Assembly: GCA_036677325.1 (NCBI GenBank)
Contig: JAKFBY010000019.1
Span: 43,289-75,288, forward strand
Direction: 5' to 3'
DNA length: 32,000 nucleotides
DNA from: Paucimonas sp.
Lineage (GTDB): Bacteria > Pseudomonadota > Gammaproteobacteria > Burkholderiales > Burkholderiaceae_D
Part shown: positions 27,668-32,000 of the stretch, piece after piece
Layout of the letters: every line of letters starts with the position of its first letter
Position numbering within the stretch: position 1 is the stretch's first letter
Notes under the pieces: generated by a model
What the model saw: only the letters and a program-made list of their open reading frames with translations
What the model was told of the DNA's origin: nothing
Database searches by the model: none
Position numbers and translations under genes: made by a program

Positions 27668-28654
27668 ATGAGCATAATTAATGCATGGTCGACCTCTACG
27701 ATTGAACGTCAAAACACAACGTTCAAACTAAAACAATTGTACGAGCTACAAGCAATATTTTTGTTCGATCAATACGAGCCTGTTCTGGCGACTCCTGTTG
27801 AAGCGGCAATGCCATTTATAAATCGACTAGATCGCTGGCTGTCTTGTTTTGATGATCCCGATGATCAGTGGTCCGTGTTCCGCGCGTTTAAATATTTTTT
27901 CTTTATCGGAAAAGAAGAAACGGATGAGCTATATCGATGCGCGGTTAAGCATAAGCTCTTGCCTTGGTTGATTGAGCAAGAGGGGTTAGACATTTTTGAT
28001 TCAGACCTTTCTATGCGGCTCAATGATGTCGTTTCCCAGACTTGGCCGTGTCCAGTAACAGATAGCTTACGAATCAACAGCTTGTTGCACAGGACGCATT
28101 TAAAGGGACAAAGTCTAAGACCAGATTGGTTAAGTCTGAAGCAATTGGGCGACAAAGAGAAAATTGCTAGATATATCGCAAGCCGAAAGAATTCGAAAGA
28201 CGAGATAACCCCGATTAGATATCTCGTTTTGTTCGAGGATTTCGTCGGATCTGGCAGTCAGTGTGGGCGTGCAACGACGTTTGCCTTAGAGGCATTTGAT
28301 GGCCCAATTTTGTTAAGTCCATTAGTTGTTTGCCACCCCGGTGACGAACACCTCCGAGACCTTGCTTCTAAATCAAACGGTCGATTAACGTATGATCCTG
28401 TCGTAGTTCTTTCGGCTGAGTGCTTAGTCAGCGAAGTACCAGCTATTGGGGAGCCTTCTTCGTTTCCGTCTTTGCGGCTAGCGATACAAAACGGTTGTGC
28501 CAAAGGAGAATTCTCCGATCCTGCATTTGGATATGAGGGGGTGGGAAGCTTGGCTAGTTCATATAGCAACTGCCCAAACAATTCCCCGCCAATCTTCCAT
28601 GGAACTAGCGCCACTTGGCCGCATCCATTATTTCCACGAAAGGGGAGAGCTTAA
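27668..28654 (+). CDS. hypothetical protein with phosphoribosyltransferase-like (PRPP-loop) C-terminal half
   Basis: 328 aa from ATG 27668. IRYLVLFEDFVGSGSQCG (nt 28223-28261) resembles the type I PRTase PRPP-binding loop (four hydrophobic residues, two acidic residues, then a G/S/T-rich loop). The N-terminal ~190 aa are unassigned. The CDS itself is confident and the function is tentative. Confidence 0.6.
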   Translation: MSIINAWSTSTIERQNTTFKLKQLYELQAIFLFDQYEPVLATPVEAAMPFINRLDRWLSCFDDPDDQWSVFRAFKYFFFIGKEETDELYRCAVKHKLLPWLIEQEGLDIFDSDLSMRLNDVVSQTWPCPVTDSLRINSLLHRTHLKGQSLRPDWLSLKQLGDKEKIARYIASRKNSKDEITPIRYLVLFEDFVGSGSQCGRATTFALEAFDGPILLSPLVVCHPGDEHLRDLASKSNGRLTYDPVVVLSAECLVSEVPAIGEPSSFPSLRLAIQNGCAKGEFSDPAFGYEGVGSLASSYSNCPNNSPPIFHGTSATWPHPLFPRKGRA

Positions 28655-30675
28655 TGGTAGCGCTACGATTTGATAATCCGTTTCACGATCTTTGGGTAAC
28701 TGAAATTTTGGAATCGAACGCATTTGTTCAAATGTTCAGCCCTTTGCTTGTTGCAGACGCGGAAGAGCTATTCTCGAGCGGTCACGTCGTCGTTCGCGGT
28801 CGTCAAGGAAGCGGCAAGAGCATGTTGCTGAACCTTTTGGAGACGTCCACTCGGGTTGCATACGCAAATAATAGTAGAACAGAATTCCCAGCCCCACCCA
28901 AGCAGCGCACTTTCATATCTGCTGGAGTTCAGCTCACCAAGGAAAGCGCATCACTTGTCGCTGCTAGGGCAGAAGAACTCCCTGAAGACCAGCGCACAAA
29001 ATTAGTTGCGGCAAATTTTGCTGACTATCTAAATTCTTTGTTGTCGTCAGACCTTATACGAAATATATTGTACTTGGCAGCAGAGCAAGCTAAGAATTCC
29101 GCAATAATTCCTGAAGTGTCTGTCGACCTAAGTACTAATACTCAACAACGCTTCATTGATCTCTTGTACCAAGCAGAGGCTTGGAAAGGTTTTGTGCCAA
29201 AAGGGCTGCAGAGCCTAATGGACATTGGAACCGCGCTAGAGGGGCGAATTCGCTCCTACAAGAGCTATTTTAACTTTCAAACAGATGAGTTTCCTCGAGA
29301 GCTAGCAGTTTCACGCTCACCTGCAGGTGAGCCCATGGCGGAGCTAGCAGGTGCACTTCGTGACTCAGGTGTCTTGCCAAAGAACACGCTAGTACTCCTC
29401 AGGATCGATCAGCATGAGGAACTGTTTGAACTTGAGCGCCACACCAATCTTGGAACGGTCTTCCGTCAAGTGATCAACTCGGCACTTGCCAAGCGAGATC
29501 CTCGCGTAGCGTATCGTATTGGTACGAGACATTACGCATGGGATCGAGATGTAACCGCGTGGGGCAGTGGCGCCCCGTTAGAGGCGATGCGTGATTACAG
29601 CATTATCGACTTGGATCAAATTCTAAAGAGGGGAGAGCACACTAAAAGGTGGAAATTTCCTCTCTTTGCGGCAGACGTTGTAAGTAAACGTCTTGAGGCC
29701 GCGGGATTAAGGTTCCAGGGCAACTCTATGGAAATAATGTTTGGTAAGTCCTTGGAGCCAGCTGATAGAGCTAGGAGATATGTCGGCGACGCGAAATGCG
29801 CTCTTCAATTTGAAGCTGCCTGGGCGCCTGCGTGGAAAACGTATATAGAGAAACTCTGGAATGACGGTGATCCATTAGAAGCAAAATTCGGTGAGGTATG
29901 GCTGCGCCAGCAGGCACAAAAAAGACATAACGTTTCAAGCGATGGGACTCTGGCACATGATGCTCCATGGCGAAATAGTAAATGGTGGGCAAAAGAGCGA
30001 AACGAGATCGCGCTTATGCAACTTGCTGGCTTACGCCAGCAAGCACTAATTTGGTGTGGTGAACGCCAAATTATCGATTTGTCCGGTCACAACATCTTGG
30101 CGTTCATGACGATCTGCAAGTCAGTTTGGGCAACTTGGCAACGCCGCAATCCGGCAGATGCTGAAAAACGTGCAGCGCTACCAAATTTTTCAGTGGAAGA
30201 TCAAGTCATCGGTATTTCCGAAGCAAGTCAAATATGGTTTAAGAAGATCCAAGTTGGCCTCGAAGCGAACCAACGAACTCGCTTGGTAAGTGGGCTAGGC
30301 CAGTGGTTCAGGCGTCGAATGCTACGCGATCGGGCACTTTCGTATCCAGGTCACTCTGGATTTAGTTTGCTCGAAAGTGAGCTGTCTTCAGACCATTTTC
30401 TCGTGCCCATAATAAAGGCATGTCGAGACCATGGGGATTTAATGGAGTCGCAGCACACAACTAAGGAGAAAAACCAAGCCCAGCGCCTAAAGTGGTATCT
30501 ACATCCCTTGCTATGTCCTCTTTTTCGAATCCCGCACATTCGAACCAAGGAGCCAATCTACACATCGCTACATGAGCTTCAGGAAATTTACAATAACCAA
30601 CGACGGGCTGGGCCGACTGCGGATGGACCGATAAAGACGGAGTCAGAAGGTCAACTAGGCCTCCCTGGCTTTTAG
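28654..30675 (+). CDS. P-loop NTPase (AAA+/ORC-Cdc6- or STAND-like), 673 aa
   Basis: ATG 28654 overlaps the upstream TAA (TAATG) and follows AGGGGAGAG. Walker A is GRQGSGKS (28798-28821) and a Walker B-like motif is TLVLLRIDQHEE. The long helical C-terminal region has no nuclease motif I can recognise. Confidence 0.8.
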   Translation: MVALRFDNPFHDLWVTEILESNAFVQMFSPLLVADAEELFSSGHVVVRGRQGSGKSMLLNLLETSTRVAYANNSRTEFPAPPKQRTFISAGVQLTKESASLVAARAEELPEDQRTKLVAANFADYLNSLLSSDLIRNILYLAAEQAKNSAIIPEVSVDLSTNTQQRFIDLLYQAEAWKGFVPKGLQSLMDIGTALEGRIRSYKSYFNFQTDEFPRELAVSRSPAGEPMAELAGALRDSGVLPKNTLVLLRIDQHEELFELERHTNLGTVFRQVINSALAKRDPRVAYRIGTRHYAWDRDVTAWGSGAPLEAMRDYSIIDLDQILKRGEHTKRWKFPLFAADVVSKRLEAAGLRFQGNSMEIMFGKSLEPADRARRYVGDAKCALQFEAAWAPAWKTYIEKLWNDGDPLEAKFGEVWLRQQAQKRHNVSSDGTLAHDAPWRNSKWWAKERNEIALMQLAGLRQQALIWCGERQIIDLSGHNILAFMTICKSVWATWQRRNPADAEKRAALPNFSVEDQVIGISEASQIWFKKIQVGLEANQRTRLVSGLGQWFRRRMLRDRALSYPGHSGFSLLESELSSDHFLVPIIKACRDHGDLMESQHTTKEKNQAQRLKWYLHPLLCPLFRIPHIRTKEPIYTSLHELQEIYNNQRRAGPTADGPIKTESEGQLGLPGF

Positions 30676-30686
30676 GCGCGCATAAA

Positions 30687-31676
30687 ATGAGTATCAAACC
30701 GTGGGGATCTATTGATTGGTTGTTGCCGCGAACGAAGATACAGTCGTGGCATTTGATTACTTCTTCGTCTTTCGAGGAACGCTGTGCTGGTGTTTTGCAG
30801 CGTTTGCAGTCCAGCGAATTCAAGCTGTTGTCGACGACTCTATTACGTTTAACGAATCCACCTTCCGATTTCTGGACAGAAGCACAGCCTGCTATTAATA
30901 AAAATGTGGAGGAACTTCATTCTTTATTAGGTCAAGTTTCTGTTAACACGGTGGAAGGCAATTTGTTGGCTATGCCCAGTTCGCTTGTGCGATCGTCATC
31001 CCTTAATCCTGACAACTGTGAATCTGTAATTTTAGATATCACGACTATCCCTAAACGTTTCTTTCTGTTCGCGATGCAGCAGCTAATGCGCTCTGAAACA
31101 GTCAAAAATTTAGTAGTTACATATACGAAAGCTAAAGAATATCCGGAGGCCGCTTTATGCGAAAACGCGCTTCCTCCAACTGCACTTCAAGGATTTGTTC
31201 GCATGTCTGCTACTAAAGAAAGTTCGAGGTTGATCGTCGGAGTTGGTTATATGCCGCTTAGCGTTGAGGAAATTGTCGAGCAGGCGAAGAACACGAAATT
31301 AGACTTTATTTTCCCGTTTCCTCCTGCATCTCCGGCATTTCGTAGAAATTGGGATCTTCTATCGATGCTGATGCCTACGGACCCTCCACGCAATACCGAA
31401 ATTCACCGTGTACACGGAATGGACGCGTTTGAGATCTGCGAGCGTGTGAGGGCGTGGGGTGAGACTCGAGACTTGGATTTGTTGCCATTGGGCCCAAAAC
31501 CTCATGCACTTGGCATGGCTATGGCAGCTATGCGATTGGACGGCCGCGCTGAGGTTTTGTATTCGCAGCCGCAGGCTTATAGGCCAAACTATTCAACGGG
31601 TGTGGCGGTCGATTCGTCCGGACAACCGCAGATATCGGCTTATTGCCTAAAGCTAAATGGTCGTGATCAATTTTGA
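30687..31676 (+). CDS. hypothetical protein with Rossmann-like/CARF-like sequence signatures
   Basis: 329 aa, starting 11 nt after the NTPase stop. WHLITSSSFEE has a strand ending in S/T. SVILDITTIPKRFFLFAM fits [DN]x[ST]xxx[RK]. A second similar element is DLLPLGPKPHALGMAMAA. Confidence 0.7.
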   Translation: MSIKPWGSIDWLLPRTKIQSWHLITSSSFEERCAGVLQRLQSSEFKLLSTTLLRLTNPPSDFWTEAQPAINKNVEELHSLLGQVSVNTVEGNLLAMPSSLVRSSSLNPDNCESVILDITTIPKRFFLFAMQQLMRSETVKNLVVTYTKAKEYPEAALCENALPPTALQGFVRMSATKESSRLIVGVGYMPLSVEEIVEQAKNTKLDFIFPFPPASPAFRRNWDLLSMLMPTDPPRNTEIHRVHGMDAFEICERVRAWGETRDLDLLPLGPKPHALGMAMAAMRLDGRAEVLYSQPQAYRPNYSTGVAVDSSGQPQISAYCLKLNGRDQF

Positions 31677-31820
31677 GAATTAAACCTCAACTTACTGGGC
31701 GTTGTTGAGGCAGAGCGAGCGTTGGTACTTGCCAGTCTTACGGGCTCATGGCTCGTCGCAAGCTGCACCTGAAAACGCAGCTCTATGCTTAGTCTTGAGA
31801 AAATCGTGCTGTCCAAACGG

Positions 31821-32000
31821 TCACTCCCTTAAAAAAACATGCTCTTGATGCCATTTGATGAACTCAATCTCTGGCCTGAATTTTTCAGGCAATGCAATCA
31901 TCTTTCCTTCGATTCCTGATAACCATTCGGAAGAAAAAAGATTGCTTTTCCCCATTTCGATTTCTTTGGATACCTGCACCTTCAATTCGGTGGTTATAGT
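31821..32000 (-). CDS. partial ORF entering from the right edge (C-terminal 59 aa), unknown function
   Basis: An open frame from the window edge to TGA at 31821-31823 reads ...EIEMGKSNLFSSEWLSGIEGKMIALPEKFRPEIEFIKWHQEHVFLRE. It is AT-rich like the cassette. Truncated and unrecognised. Confidence 0.3.
   Translation of the reverse strand, partial: TITTELKVQVSKEIEMGKSNLFSSEWLSGIEGKMIALPEKFRPEIEFIKWHQEHVFLRE

Noticed and set aside
1-32000. CRISPR arrays, rRNA genes, transposases/IS elements and retron-like RT genes
   Set aside because: I looked for regularly spaced repeats, long conserved rRNA-like stretches, and DDE, integrase or RT motifs in the ORF translations. None were seen.

Overview
This 32 kb chromosomal window is moderately GC-rich. 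Gene content and order look like a Burkholderiales-type betaproteobacterium, which is inferred from protein resemblance only. Most of it is housekeeping: DAHP synthase, an AspC/TyrB-family aminotransferase, uvrB, a complete iscR-iscS-iscU-iscA-hscB-hscA-fdx-iscX operon, lysS, and prfB with its programmed +1 frameshift. One tRNA-Asn(GTT) is present. I found no rRNA, CRISPR array, transposase or integrase.

The accessory material is as follows:
1. A four-gene same-strand cassette at 26.4-31.7 kb sits directly upstream of the prfB promoter. It encodes a canonical C5 DNA methyltransferase, a phosphoribosyltransferase-like protein, a 673-aa Walker A/B NTPase and a 329-aa Rossmann/CARF-like protein. 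It has no recognisable restriction nuclease and appears to have lower GC. This is the best candidate for an undescribed methylation-linked defence system.
2. A small GxxExxY (PD-(D/E)XK-type) gene lies between prfB and lysS and is bracketed by 29-nt imperfect inverted repeats.
3. A roughly 2 kb lipase-bearing segment is bracketed by tRNA-Asn and a truncated tRNA-Asn 3' copy.
4. Several enzyme-like proteins lack their canonical catalytic motifs: a UNG-like protein without the Asp, a J-domain without HPD, and a thioredoxin fold without CXXC.

All calls come from reading the sequence and ORF translations. No database search was run.
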